Shown one piece after another: positions 29,664 through 40,300 of a DNA stretch of 64,000 nt. Each line of letters opens with the position of its first letter. Positions within the stretch are counted from its first letter, which is position 1. The translations under genes were made by a program, and so were the position numbers. Source of the stretch: a virus. Where the stretch lies: positions 31,793-95,792 of the IMG/VR virus record IMGVR_UViG_3300045825_000202; one strand, written 5' to 3'. A model generated the notes under the pieces. That model saw nothing but the letters and a program-made list of their open reading frames with translations. It had not been told where the DNA came from and searched no databases.

Positions 29664-30202
29664 TGGTATAGGCTTTCCTTATATATAAGGGCCTCTTCCC
29701 ACGCTTTATCCTTACCTAACTTCAAATAACTAAATTTTTTCTGGTATTTGATTCCATGTACTACTAAATAGACTGACGCGTACTTATAACCTGTGGCAGT
29801 AGTAAGTTCATTAATACCATTTATACCACTAGTATTAGTTATACGTAACCCAACTCTGGTTTGCATCTTAGTTTTATTTAAATTAGTCATCCTAGAGCAT
29901 AATTCTAGATTAGATATATTATTGTTACTTGGATTAATATCTATATGATTAATTACTAGATGTGAAGCTACTTCATCATCAGCATGTAATGCCCATACTA
30001 TTCTATGTACTAGGTATAAAATAGAATTTATGTGTATTACCCAGTACCCGTCCTTACGCATACATCCAGCTACACCGTCTTTAGGGGCCCTAGAACCTTT
30101 ATATATCTTCCATCTTAAAAAGCTTGGACTAGTATCATCGTAGTAAATAATTTGCTCTAGTATGTTTTTATCTAGTTTAGATGCACTCATTGTATTTGCC
30201 AT
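29660..30202 (-). CDS. HNH homing endonuclease
   Basis: LVHRIVW, INHIDINPSNNNISNLE, NTSGI.G. Confidence 0.88.
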   Translation of the reverse strand: MANTMSASKLDKNILEQIIYYDDTSPSFLRWKIYKGSRAPKDGVAGCMRKDGYWVIHINSILYLVHRIVWALHADDEVASHLVINHIDINPSNNNISNLELCSRMTNLNKTKMQTRVGLRITNTSGINGINELTTATGYKYASVYLVVHGIKYQKKFSYLKLGKDKAWEEALIYKESLYQ

Positions 30203-30270
30203 TACATACTATCCTCCTGCCTTAATAAAGTATTGATGCTTACTGGGTATAATATCCTTAGTAATCATCA

Positions 30271-30299
30271 ATTATACCATCTTTACACCCTAGGGTCAA
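30271..30299 (-). promoter_or_regulatory. Sigma70-type promoter
   Basis: TTGACC-N17-TATAAT on the minus strand. Confidence 0.7.
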
Positions 30300-30336
30300 G
30301 TGTAAAATTAATGATGTAGTTAGGTCATTGCTTAGG

Positions 30337-31626
30337 CTATTCAACTTCCCACCCCTTTCTCTGGTAGAACCCCATGCGCATCTTATTCTGACGCTTATCA
30401 CTAGGACTACTAAAGTTCATATCAATTACTAAAGGATTTAGTTTATCAGGATGCATACGTTGTACACGACCTATGATCTGCTCTAGTAACGAATCATTTG
30501 CAACTGGAGAAGCTAGAATGGCGCAGCTAAGAATATTTACCGACCATCCTTCTGAGACGATTTGACGGCTTCCAGCCACGCAATCTTTTTCGCCGGACTC
30601 GATTTGCTTTGTGACGGCAAGTCTTTGTTCGAGTGTTGATTCACCAGTAATGAGCAAGCATTTTTCACCAATTAATTCCTTTACGTTCTGTAAAAATTCA
30701 ACTCGGTCAGCAACAATTAGAACCTTATGTCCTACTGATATTTCTTTAGCTGCAATTACTGCAATTAGTTCCTGATAGTCTGGGTCGTATAGTAGAGTAT
30801 TAATCTTATTAGCCCAGGCTTCACCTTCTGGTAAGCTAAAGCCTGTCTTATGGATTCTAATAGTAGGTATCAGTGTATTTTCTTGTGGTGGTTGGTATAG
30901 TTTTAGTCCAAAGAAATCCTTAAATAGAATATGCTTTCCATCTTTACGATTAATTGTACCAGATAAGCCAATCTTATACCTAGCGTACATTCCGTCTAGA
31001 AAAGTAGAAAAGGTAACACAACTGATATGGTGAGACTCGTCTACCACGACTGTACCAAACTCCTTACATATATTGGGTAATTCCTTAATCAAAGTCTGAA
31101 TGTTACCAACTACAATACTATGGTCAATATCAAACTGTCCACTACCAATAATACCGCACTCCATACCATATAACTTCTTTACTTCCTCAACCCACTGATC
31201 ACGTAGCATAGTATTATGACATACTATAAGAGTTTTCTTACCTAATTTCCTAGCAATATGTAATGCTAGGAAGGTTTTACCGAAACCCACCATAGCATTA
31301 ATAAAGCAGTTATCTTCTACATCATTATAGATATCAATCTGACTATCTCTCAAAGGTAGTCGTGGTTCTGGAAATGGGTAGTCCTCAACAATACGCTTAT
31401 CTATGATCTCATACCCTTTAGGAATAAGATCAATTCTACCAATAGGGATAGCAATCGCACCCCTAGGTAGAAGTTTATAGTTTTTAACTATCTCGAACTG
31501 AGAAAAGTGCGTAAGTCCAGGTCGTGGAGGTTTCTTGATTTTATAGGTTAAAGTTTTCTTTAGTGATTCTAGTATTTCAGCTGTAGCGTCTAGGTAAATT
31601 CTATTACTTAGAATTGCTTTAGGCAT
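30337..31626 (-). CDS. D10: SF2 DNA helicase (T5 D10-like)
   Basis: GFGKT, DESHH, GLSGT, QIIGRVQR. Confidence 0.92.
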   Translation of the reverse strand: MPKAILSNRIYLDATAEILESLKKTLTYKIKKPPRPGLTHFSQFEIVKNYKLLPRGAIAIPIGRIDLIPKGYEIIDKRIVEDYPFPEPRLPLRDSQIDIYNDVEDNCFINAMVGFGKTFLALHIARKLGKKTLIVCHNTMLRDQWVEEVKKLYGMECGIIGSGQFDIDHSIVVGNIQTLIKELPNICKEFGTVVVDESHHISCVTFSTFLDGMYARYKIGLSGTINRKDGKHILFKDFFGLKLYQPPQENTLIPTIRIHKTGFSLPEGEAWANKINTLLYDPDYQELIAVIAAKEISVGHKVLIVADRVEFLQNVKELIGEKCLLITGESTLEQRLAVTKQIESGEKDCVAGSRQIVSEGWSVNILSCAILASPVANDSLLEQIIGRVQRMHPDKLNPLVIDMNFSSPSDKRQNKMRMGFYQRKGWEVE

Positions 31627-31639
31627 TTATTTCCTTTAT

Positions 31640-31813
31640 TTATTGTTTGCTATATGTTTCTTCTGTTTCTACTGCTTCTTCGTAAGTTAGAGGCTCAAAA
31701 TTACCCTCTAACTCTACGTACCAGCAGGTTGGCCCCATTCGTAGGAACCATTCCTCATTCATCTTTACACGGTTAATACTCTGCTCAACATTAACAAAAT
31801 TTTTGGTATTTAT
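31640..31813 (-). CDS. Small hypothetical protein, possible ATA start
   Basis: AGGAG-N6-ATA overlapping the upstream TAA; 57-codon open frame fills the gap. Confidence 0.4.
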   Translation of the reverse strand: MNTKNFVNVEQSINRVKMNEEWFLRMGPTCWYVELEGNFEPLTYEEAVETEETYSKQ

Positions 31814-32343
31814 ACCATTCTCCTAGTAGTTTCGGGTATGCTTGAGTATAATCCATATAAGACTGTTGCCAGTCCCATATGTAAAATCCCAGCACATTTT
31901 TCTGCTGCTATGGGTGTGTGTAGAACCTTAAATCTATTAGGTATCCCATCAACTTCGATAATTGCTCCTCCCGTTTGTATGGGGATTATCTTAGTTATCT
32001 TGTGGAAGTCTAACTTAACACTTGTTGTTTTCTTATAGTTAAATAACTTACCATTAGAGTCTATAAACCAAGTTTTAGGGTTTGCAATCTTTATTAGATC
32101 CCCTAGGAAGAATAGCGCATTCTTCAACTTGAATAGCGGTACACCGTCCGCTAGTAGACGAAGGCGGCGTTTTGCCAAGGAGTCGCCTTCTATACTTATA
32201 TCGTCTATTAGGCATAATTTACCTTGAGTTATGTCTTCTTTTTCTATCTCGGAGTAGTAATACATTACTCCATCATCTATATTAGGCTTGTCAGGTAGTT
32301 TGTAGATAGGGTAGGATAAACTCTGTAGAGTTAGGCTATCCAT
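31810..32343 (-). CDS. Conserved T5-like hypothetical protein
   Basis: YPIYKL, IDD..I.GDSL..RRL, FIDSNGKLF.YKK. Confidence 0.72.
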   Translation of the reverse strand: MDSLTLQSLSYPIYKLPDKPNIDDGVMYYYSEIEKEDITQGKLCLIDDISIEGDSLAKRRLRLLADGVPLFKLKNALFFLGDLIKIANPKTWFIDSNGKLFNYKKTTSVKLDFHKITKIIPIQTGGAIIEVDGIPNRFKVLHTPIAAEKCAGILHMGLATVLYGLYSSIPETTRRMV

Positions 32344-33217
32344 TATACCTAGTCCAGCCTAGATGTACTCTTCTTTTTCCACTTAGTACTTGACTTACGT
32401 GTGAAGGACTTAATTTATACTTATCACATATATCTTTAGCCCATATAACTTCTATAATTTCACCACTTGGTGAAACTAATTTAGGATATATTTTATAGGT
32501 TCTAGTGCCTATTTTTGCCATTACTATACTATAAAGTTCTGGATATTCGTTACCTAAATGCTGGTGTCTATTACCCCAGGCAATGCCTTCTACCACTTTA
32601 ACTGTTACAGATAATTCTTCTGCTATAGTTTCAAAACTATCAGTAGTACTAGCTAGTTTCTCTAGTATACGTAAATATACTAGAGTCTCATACTTACGTA
32701 CCCTTGTACCATTTTTTTCTAGTAGTATAGCATAGGTTATAGGATCTACTTCTTCTAAAAATCGGCAAGAGCTACCACAGGATATATTACGTACTACATT
32801 TAATGTTACAGATAGTGTATCTGCAATAATTTGCATTTTATCGTCAGTGTACGCAAGTTTATTCATTATAGCTATATACTGTTCATTAGTATATAATGAT
32901 GTACTACTATACTGACCATACCCATTACTACTACCACCTAAAGTATTATTGAATCCCTCAATATATGAGTTATACTCAGAAATCCAGTATATTTCTCTGC
33001 TATCTAATTCTGAGAAACTAGAAACTTTTTCTATTAAAGAAAAACTAGGTAAAGTATTAGTTCTAGTGTATTCATTGATTAGAGATTTATTTCTATGATC
33101 TCCTCTGATTATACCTCTACAATGAGCCTTATACCTTTTTTCTACATCTATAGACTGGCCTATATAGTACTGAAAATCATCTGTTTCGAAGTATAAGCAG
33201 TATATACCACAAGTCAT
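32336..33217 (-). CDS. GIY-YIG homing endonuclease
   Basis: GIYCL..YYIGQS..R..H, E..WI..N.T.GG; repeated HTH-like units. Confidence 0.9.
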   Translation of the reverse strand: MTCGIYCLYFETDDFQYYIGQSIDVEKRYKAHCRGIIRGDHRNKSLINEYTRTNTLPSFSLIEKVSSFSELDSREIYWISEYNSYIEGFNNTLGGSSNGYGQYSSTSLYTNEQYIAIMNKLAYTDDKMQIIADTLSVTLNVVRNISCGSSCRFLEEVDPITYAILLEKNGTRVRKYETLVYLRILEKLASTTDSFETIAEELSVTVKVVEGIAWGNRHQHLGNEYPELYSIVMAKIGTRTYKIYPKLVSPSGEIIEVIWAKDICDKYKLSPSHVSQVLSGKRRVHLGWTRYNG

Positions 33218-33468
33218 GCTAGTAACTCTTTTACGTAGTTATTGTATCGAACTGACTTACCCTTTCCTGGAATAAAGCGCCCTAAAAACTTAGAGCACGA
33301 TGTAGTATCATTATACCCAAAATAGGTGTATAATTCCGGACCTTCTAGTGATAGAAGTGCCTGAATCATTACTTCGCTATTTAACCATACTGGAAAGGTA
33401 CAGCCTTTTTGAATAAGTTTTTCTGTATTAGTCATATAATATCTTTCTAATTTCATGAATAATTTCAT
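33214..33468 (-). CDS. Hypothetical protein
   Basis: ORF directly behind a consensus promoter. Confidence 0.55.
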   Translation of the reverse strand: MKLFMKLERYYMTNTEKLIQKGCTFPVWLNSEVMIQALLSLEGPELYTYFGYNDTTSCSKFLGRFIPGKGKSVRYNNYVKELLA

Positions 33469-33480
33469 GGTTTAGATAAT

Positions 33481-33509
33481 ATTATATATCAAAATTATAC
33501 CGATGTCAA
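33481..33509 (-). promoter_or_regulatory. Consensus sigma70 promoter
   Basis: TTGACA-N17-TATAAT exact. Confidence 0.85.
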
Positions 33510-33511
33510 TA

Positions 33512-35794
33512 CTAATTTTTAGTAAGTACCCCATTTTCCATACTATAGTACTTCTCAAATTTAGTAAAGGAGTAGTCTTGACCAATTTCTTGGTCTACTC
33601 CAATAGGAGATCCCGTAATACTACACCCTCTATCTTTTTGAGTATTACGTTTAAGAATTTTACAGTACTCTTCTACATCCTCATCTCTAACTAGTGATAC
33701 AATAGAGTCATGTACTAACATAAATATCTTTGCGTCAAGTTCTTTAACTTTAATTTCATTAGCAGTATCTACTGCTGCTAATAGGTTAATATCGCTACAG
33801 ATTGACTGTACTTCAGCATTAATACCTGATCGTACCTCATGAGCAGCTATTCCCCGATCAGTACTAAATACATTTACTAAACGACGCTTTCTACCAAAGA
33901 AAGAGTATGTGTACCCATTTGTACGAATAAAATCTTCTCTACTCTTTAACCATGACTTTAACTTACTAAATTTAGTAAAATATGCTTTAATATCTTCTTT
34001 AGCTCTATCAAGCCCATAGTATTCCCCTGTAGCCTTACTAACAGTATCTGATACCTTTTGTGGACCCGAACCATACAAAATCCCGAAGCTGATTGCTTTT
34101 GCCGATTGACGACTTGATCCAAACAGCTTTTTTACGTCTTCTACCTCGCAGACTAAATCAAACACCATTTTTGCAATAGTAGAGTGAAAGTCTCCTTTAT
34201 CAATAAAAACCTTTTGAAGATTCTTATCGCCACTTAGTACAGCGGCAAAATACATTTCACCAGTTTGTAAGTCTTGGGATACTATCTTATATCCTTCAGG
34301 GGCAACTATACATCCTTTGATAATTGGATCATCACGAATAATCTGTTGCGCATTAAATCGACCTGAACTAGATAATCTACCACTAGTGGTAAAAATAAGA
34401 TTAAAGTTAGTACGAATTCTACTATCCTTATCTAACTCTGGTAGAATCTTACTAATGTAAGTATTCTTTACTTTGGTTAATTGTCGTACCTTGAGAATAG
34501 CGGCTGGAAGCGGATGCTCTTCGGATAACTGTTCCAATACTTCTGCGTCTGTGGAAATAGCTCCTGTTGCTGTCTTCTTTCCAGTAGGGGGTAGTTTAAG
34601 ATAGTCGAATAGAACTTTTCGTAATTGCTGTACTGAGCCTGGGTTGAAAATAATTTCTGCATCGTTTTGAAAATCCTTAATAGCCTGATACTCATATAAC
34701 TCTACCTTAGCTGCTTCAATTTCTTTGTCTAAGTAGGATTCTGCCATAGCCATTCGCTCTTTTGAAATTGGAATTCCTACCTCTTCCATGTCCATCAAAA
34801 ATAGTGTACCCTCAACCATTAGATTCTTATAAACCCAAAGTAGCTTAGGATTCTTTTGTACTAGCGGCCAGAATTTAAAAAATAATGTAAGGGTTGCGGT
34901 AGGGTCAATTGCAGCATATCTACTAATAATATCGAACGGGATTAAGTCATATGTAAAGTCGTCCTGTAAGATACCGTGCTTTGTACAGTATGCTTTCTTA
35001 AAATCATCTAACTCAGTATCGTAGTCTCCATAATCTGTATACTTAAGCACTAGTGACTTCAGTCCGTGCATTTCATTCTCATCTAGTACATAATGCATTA
35101 GCATTGTATCGTGAACTCTTGTTCTATCGAAACGAAGTTCAGTATGATACTCGATCATTTTAATATCGAACTTCATGTTGTGAAATACAATAGTATACTT
35201 AGTAATAATTGCTCGTAGTATATTCATACATTCATCATCTAAACAATCTGTACTTATGTACGCGCCATGCTTAGGTTTATACGAGAGGGAAATTCCTAGA
35301 ACATATCCATCTCGTGGGTATAATGCGGTAGTTTCCGTATCCATTGCTACGAAACCTTCTGCATTATCGTATACTTCTTGCAGAAAACTAACTGCCTCCG
35401 CAGTATTGATGATACCTAAGTAAGTACCCTCTAGTTTAGGTGATTTTAGTTCACCTTTAATATACTTATGTATCTTTGCTACGGCTGCTTCAAATGCAGG
35501 CTTTGACTCGGGCTTAAAGTGGAGCATCGCCGGATTACTGATACAAATGAATTTATCATCAATTAAATGCCCTGCCATGTTAGTAATACTAGTAACCTTA
35601 GCATATTCTTTAGCTGCTTCACTTCCTACTAGAATAACATAATCGAATTCTGTTGAGTCAAACTCTAAATCTACGTCCCGCTTCAGTAACTTAGTAATAG
35701 GTACTGAGCTCATATGAAACTCTTCGTATTCGAATTCAAAGTACTTTGAATAGTCGTTTCTACTTGGATTCTTATCTATAATAGCTATCTTCAT
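33512..35794 (-). CDS. pol: Family A DNA polymerase with 3'-5' exonuclease
   Basis: DTET, HNMKFD, YAAID exonuclease motifs; SGRLSS, QDL, RQSAKAISFGILYG, VHDS. Confidence 0.96.
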   Translation of the reverse strand: MKIAIIDKNPSRNDYSKYFEFEYEEFHMSSVPITKLLKRDVDLEFDSTEFDYVILVGSEAAKEYAKVTSITNMAGHLIDDKFICISNPAMLHFKPESKPAFEAAVAKIHKYIKGELKSPKLEGTYLGIINTAEAVSFLQEVYDNAEGFVAMDTETTALYPRDGYVLGISLSYKPKHGAYISTDCLDDECMNILRAIITKYTIVFHNMKFDIKMIEYHTELRFDRTRVHDTMLMHYVLDENEMHGLKSLVLKYTDYGDYDTELDDFKKAYCTKHGILQDDFTYDLIPFDIISRYAAIDPTATLTLFFKFWPLVQKNPKLLWVYKNLMVEGTLFLMDMEEVGIPISKERMAMAESYLDKEIEAAKVELYEYQAIKDFQNDAEIIFNPGSVQQLRKVLFDYLKLPPTGKKTATGAISTDAEVLEQLSEEHPLPAAILKVRQLTKVKNTYISKILPELDKDSRIRTNFNLIFTTSGRLSSSGRFNAQQIIRDDPIIKGCIVAPEGYKIVSQDLQTGEMYFAAVLSGDKNLQKVFIDKGDFHSTIAKMVFDLVCEVEDVKKLFGSSRQSAKAISFGILYGSGPQKVSDTVSKATGEYYGLDRAKEDIKAYFTKFSKLKSWLKSREDFIRTNGYTYSFFGRKRRLVNVFSTDRGIAAHEVRSGINAEVQSICSDINLLAAVDTANEIKVKELDAKIFMLVHDSIVSLVRDEDVEEYCKILKRNTQKDRGCSITGSPIGVDQEIGQDYSFTKFEKYYSMENGVLTKN

Positions 35795-35825
35795 TAATTC
35801 CTTTATTTATTAAGGCTAGGTTAGC

Positions 35826-36686
35826 CTATTGTGTATACGTAATCATTGAATTTACATCATCCTGTACCATATTACCTGGGTCAGTACCCTCTTCCATAGG
35901 TACAATCTCAACTATAAATCCTGCTTCTTCAATTATAGGCGAAAGTTTAGCAGCAGCCTCTCTACCAGCATTGTCTCCATCATACATAATAAATATTTTA
36001 GATACTCCCATAGCCTTAAAAGGTAGTAGTTTCTCTGCTGTATGGTTTGTTAGTCCGTCTACTCCAAAAGTACATACAACGTTCTTTAAGCCTTTATCAT
36101 ATACATTTAAGAGATCGAAAAGGCCTTCAACTAGAACAATGGAGTAATGCTTACCTTCTAACTTAGTAGGGTATAAAGGTATTTGAGCACCAGTAGGATG
36201 AATCTGATATCTAGGGTTTCCATCAGATTTAGTATGTCGACCTACATATGCAGTAACTTTTCCCCTAACATCTTTAATAGGGAATATGATACGATCTTCC
36301 ATACCGTATACTTTATCAGTTTTAAATGCCCCGAACTGCTTCAAAGTTTGTGAACTAATATCCCTATGCGTTCCATTAAAAGGAACAGACCCTTCCAATT
36401 CTTTTAGTCCATTAGTACTAACATTTAAAACACGTAATTTCTCTTTAAGTTTAGCTGTTCTTACAGACGCATTATTAGAAGGTTGTCCGTATAGTGTAAA
36501 TATATTTAGACGGTGACCACAAGAGAAGCAATGTGCAACACCTGTAATCCTGTCAATTCTAAAGCTAGGATTAGTATCGGTATGTGAAGTATTGAAACAA
36601 TTTGTTACAAAGTCTCTGCCAGAAATTCTAAAAGGTACCCCATGCTGCTCTAGAAGTTTCTCTACTGTTTTATCCGTCATACCCAC
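35826..36686 (-). CDS. DNA primase (Zn finger + TOPRIM)
   Basis: C..H.D..PS / HCFSCG, RIIFPI, VEGLFD, YDGD.AG, DPG. Confidence 0.93.
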   Translation of the reverse strand: MGMTDKTVEKLLEQHGVPFRISGRDFVTNCFNTSHTDTNPSFRIDRITGVAHCFSCGHRLNIFTLYGQPSNNASVRTAKLKEKLRVLNVSTNGLKELEGSVPFNGTHRDISSQTLKQFGAFKTDKVYGMEDRIIFPIKDVRGKVTAYVGRHTKSDGNPRYQIHPTGAQIPLYPTKLEGKHYSIVLVEGLFDLLNVYDKGLKNVVCTFGVDGLTNHTAEKLLPFKAMGVSKIFIMYDGDNAGREAAAKLSPIIEEAGFIVEIVPMEEGTDPGNMVQDDVNSMITYTQ

Positions 36687-36849
36687 TCTAGCCTAACTAG
36701 TCCTTTAAATCTATTCTTAGCTTCAAAGAACTTCCATAAAGCTATAAAGAAACTATCTCCTTCCCAATACATATTAGATGGTCTATTAGACATACCTCGC
36801 CATACTCTAAAAGTAGGGTTTTGTGTCATACTATTATTAAACGTTGTTG

Positions 36850-38232
36850 CTACCATAATCCTTCACCCGCAGATTCACCTGTGGCTTCTTTCTTTCCTTT
36901 TTTATGCTTAGTAGAGTCTTTATCGTTCTCTACTTTAGCGGGTTTTTCAATTGATTGTGGGCTAATACGTAACGTATCCCAGTTCATTCCACTAGTAAAC
37001 TTCATCTCTTTTGCACCTCGAATCTTAGTAGTTTCCATACTAATAGCATTATCTTCTTTAGTATGTGCTTCAAGAATAAGTGCAATATCTGGAGCATCTA
37101 AAATACCTTTAGCAAACCTAGTCTGACCATCATCACTAATCTGATAAGGACTCACGATAAGAATATCGTGTTTACGTGCTAATTCTTTTAGTGCCTTTGA
37201 TACTTCAACTTGTGCTTGCCAATCAAACTGATTACCATTAGTAACTACAATCTGATTTAAGTAATCTACTACTGCTACTGTAAAATTATCCCCAAATTGA
37301 GCTTTTACTTTACCTAAGTGTAGATCAAGTTTAGGGATTGTTAAAGCCCTATCGTCTACAATAATCATCTGTCCTTTAGGACGTAATGAGCACTGCTTTA
37401 CTAAGGTCTCTTCAAACTTATATTGATCTCTAGTCTTAACAAATTCATCAACTAAATACTGTGACTCTTCATACATACCCGCACGTGATTTAACTACACT
37501 TAGTAGTTCAGCATCTGTTAGTGTGCCATTCTTTACATTTTGATGGTTAACATTAGCTAAGATACTGATATTACGTTGTAAGGTCTCAATTGCAACCATT
37601 TCAATTGTAAAGTATACACTCGTAAACCCTGCTTCATACTGGTTAGTCTGCATATTACTACAAACAAGGGATTTACCCGCCCCGCGTCTGCCGCCAATAA
37701 GAATTAATTCCTGTCTAGCCGCTCTAATTGTAGCATCAAAGGTATTATTAAGACCTAGATAGATAGTATTTTTGTTGATATCGTCTGGCCTAATAAAGAC
37801 CATAATATCATTCATCGAAAAAACGCCTTCGGTAGTAAGAGTTCTCTTATCCAACTCTAAGACGATATTGGATAAGGATTCTTTTACTTCTGCTGTAGAG
37901 TATAGTGGCAGATTATCAACAAACTTATCTAATAGGCCTATAGTTTCATTTTGAGTGTATAGATCAATTAACGCATCTAATGCTACTTCTGCGTCAATAT
38001 CTTCATTGTCTGCTAGTCTAACAGACGCAATTATTGATGCCGCCGCAGTATCTCTGGATGTTATTTCTAATTCATCGAAAGTAGGTAAAGTACTATACTT
38101 GTCATAGTGCCTACTTAGTAAGGTATATACTGAAGTGTACGTAGCATCTAGGAAACTAAGTCGTAGCTTACTCCATATATTTAAATTAGATTCATTTATT
38201 AGTTTATTAAGTAGGGTTGCACTGATATCTAT
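36850..38232 (-). CDS. DnaB-like replicative helicase; apparent ATA start at 38232
   Basis: GRRGAGKS, FTIEM, VVDYLNQ, PYQ; frame open 126 codons upstream of the track's TTG, to AGGAG-N7-ATA (MDISATLLNKL). Confidence 0.88.
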   Translation of the reverse strand: MDISATLLNKLINESNLNIWSKLRLSFLDATYTSVYTLLSRHYDKYSTLPTFDELEITSRDTAAASIIASVRLADNEDIDAEVALDALIDLYTQNETIGLLDKFVDNLPLYSTAEVKESLSNIVLELDKRTLTTEGVFSMNDIMVFIRPDDINKNTIYLGLNNTFDATIRAARQELILIGGRRGAGKSLVCSNMQTNQYEAGFTSVYFTIEMVAIETLQRNISILANVNHQNVKNGTLTDAELLSVVKSRAGMYEESQYLVDEFVKTRDQYKFEETLVKQCSLRPKGQMIIVDDRALTIPKLDLHLGKVKAQFGDNFTVAVVDYLNQIVVTNGNQFDWQAQVEVSKALKELARKHDILIVSPYQISDDGQTRFAKGILDAPDIALILEAHTKEDNAISMETTKIRGAKEMKFTSGMNWDTLRISPQSIEKPAKVENDKDSTKHKKGKKEATGESAGEGLW

Positions 38233-38243
38233 GCTAGTTCTCC

Positions 38244-38543
38244 TTATGCAATTTTAGACTCATTGTCTATAATTACTTGATCTAAAATCTCTCCCAGTTT
38301 ATAAATCGTATCACTACGTAATACTTGTAGTTCTTTTTGGTATGTAAATTTATCATCATACAATAAACTAAGTTGCTTATGTGTTAGCATGGCCTGAAGA
38401 GCAAAGTATATTAGATCATGAGGGTTACTACTATCGGGCATAACTTTAACTTGTGTATGCTTACCGTAGTTTAGGGTCGCTTGCTTTACTATCTCTTCCA
38501 CTGTAAATGCAGTATCGTCATTATATGTTATTGTTACTTGCAT
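38244..38543 (-). CDS. Hypothetical protein
   Basis: 99-aa ORF co-oriented within the operon. Confidence 0.65.
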   Translation of the reverse strand: MQVTITYNDDTAFTVEEIVKQATLNYGKHTQVKVMPDSSNPHDLIYFALQAMLTHKQLSLLYDDKFTYQKELQVLRSDTIYKLGEILDQVIIDNESKIA

Positions 38544-38657
38544 TTACTATTCCACCAATCTATTATCCTAGCTTTTTGAAAGTTATACTTATACTTCCAT
38601 TGACGAATAAGTAGGTACTCCCAACTATATTGTTTATTCATTTGTCTTATCCAATGG

Positions 38658-38693
38658 AAAAAGGCTAGTAGTTACCTTCTAACTACTAGCCTT
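38658..38693 (-). terminator. Rho-independent terminator after D5
   Basis: aaggctagtagtta / taactactagcctt stem with a T run on the minus strand. Confidence 0.8.
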
Positions 38694-38725
38694 AATTCTA
38701 TTTTATTATTTTAATTCTTATAGAA

Positions 38726-39469
38726 TTAAGCTGCTTTAGCTTCTGCCTTAGCACGCTTTTGGACCCCATCATAATCTGCAGCTTTAACGCCACGGCGAGT
38801 TAAGAGTGTACGGATTCCTCGCTCAGTCTTGTCCACAGCCTTAGCGATTTCAGCAACCGTCATAGTAGCAATGGCATCACCCAACTCTTCAACTGGATCG
38901 ACTGAATTCTTAGCATGACTTTCCTTTTGTGCAGGGATCTTAGTAATAAGTTCCTTACGCGACAGGCTAAGAGCCTTACCACGAACACTAGCTATTGTCT
39001 TACCTAGGGTCACTGCAATTTCTTCAATGAACTTACCTGCTTGAGCCATCTTGACGAAAACAACTTCTTCATCAGCAGTGTACTTTGTAGCGACTTCCAA
39101 TTTATCAGCAGGACGAACCTTACTGTTAAGTTCAAGAGCTAAAAGCTTACCTTGGATTTGCTTAGCACTGAATTCACCAGGAAATTGTTCAGCAATTTGT
39201 TTGTATGTATATACACCTTCATTAGCAACTACAAACTCTGTAAGAGCCGTAGTTTGTTCTGCTGTAAAAGTAGGTGCCTTAACAGCAGCCATACTCGCAA
39301 CTTCTTTATCAAGTTGACGCAGTTTAGAAGCAATAGAACGAGTAGTTGCACCTAGAGCGGTAGCTGCTGCTTCAACAAGATCAACAGTTACGGGAGATGC
39401 TGTACCTACGACGGCCAATAGTTGTGCTACTGATTCGTCTGTCCATTTTACTTTTTTAGTTTCTGACAT
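38726..39469 (-). CDS. D5: DNA-binding transcription regulator (T5 D5-like)
   Basis: Repeated HTH units: RSIASKLR, KQIQGKLLALEL, SVRGKALSL, LTRRG...DYDG. Confidence 0.85.
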   Translation of the reverse strand: MSETKKVKWTDESVAQLLAVVGTASPVTVDLVEAAATALGATTRSIASKLRQLDKEVASMAAVKAPTFTAEQTTALTEFVVANEGVYTYKQIAEQFPGEFSAKQIQGKLLALELNSKVRPADKLEVATKYTADEEVVFVKMAQAGKFIEEIAVTLGKTIASVRGKALSLSRKELITKIPAQKESHAKNSVDPVEELGDAIATMTVAEIAKAVDKTERGIRTLLTRRGVKAADYDGVQKRAKAEAKAA

Positions 39470-39471
39470 GT

Positions 39472-40221
39472 TTAAATTTCTTTCAAAAGATCGTTTAGAT
39501 CGGTTATTATTGGAATGCCGTATTGTACGGCTTTATCGCGCTTACTAGAACCTTTGCCCTCTTCGTCTACTAGATAATCAGTAGTTTTAGTTACTGAGTC
39601 TACTAGAGTAAATCCTGCGGCTGAAAGCGCACCTTCAGCGTCGGACTTCTTTTTGTAATTGGACAATTTTCCTGTTATACAAACACGTTTAGCATTTGTA
39701 TTAACTTCTTTTATTTTACCCTCAAACTTAAAAGGTAAGAATTCTTTGATATCTTGGTAATCTGTACTAACCCAGTTTAATAAGTTATCAGTTACCTTAG
39801 CACCTAAGCCAGCCTTCTGGCAGGCTTCTTGTGTGATCTGGTTTAGAGCTGTAATTACAGAAGCAAGTTTCTTTCCTGCTGTAATACCAACTAGGGGTAT
39901 ACTCATAGCCGAAAGTACTGTAGCTAGATCTGCTTTCTTAGAACGCTCAATTTCATTAAGTAATTTGTCAGTAAGCTTCTCTCCTATAGCGTCTACTACT
40001 TCACCTCTATCCATACAGTAGATTTCAGTAATATCATTAAGGGCTAGTTTCTCAATAGTCTTTTCGCCTAATCCTTTGATCGAAAGGATTTTAGCAAAAT
40101 GCTCTATCTGTTTACCAATTCTAGCACCACATGAATTATTCTCACAGTACAGCAAATCATTTTTCCACACTAGGATTGACGAGCAGGTGGGGCAGGTAGT
40201 CGGTATGTTAATATCTTGCAT
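39472..40221 (-). CDS. ligB: NAD-dependent DNA ligase subunit B (Zn finger, HhH, BRCT)
   Basis: PTTCPTC..LYCEN..C, IKGLGEKT, VCITGKL..SVTKTTDYLV BRCT. Confidence 0.9.
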   Translation of the reverse strand: MQDINIPTTCPTCSSILVWKNDLLYCENNSCGARIGKQIEHFAKILSIKGLGEKTIEKLALNDITEIYCMDRGEVVDAIGEKLTDKLLNEIERSKKADLATVLSAMSIPLVGITAGKKLASVITALNQITQEACQKAGLGAKVTDNLLNWVSTDYQDIKEFLPFKFEGKIKEVNTNAKRVCITGKLSNYKKKSDAEGALSAAGFTLVDSVTKTTDYLVDEEGKGSSKRDKAVQYGIPIITDLNDLLKEI

Positions 40222-40300
40222 GATTTTGTTTCTTTATGTATCTATTATAGCTCATTAAGTAAGGTAATGCAAGTTCATTTTTCTGATGCTTAGGTTGATT

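Noticed and set aside
32336-35794. Group I intron or intein in the polymerase or RNR
   Set aside because: Both ORFs are uninterrupted with all motifs present; the endonucleases are free-standing.
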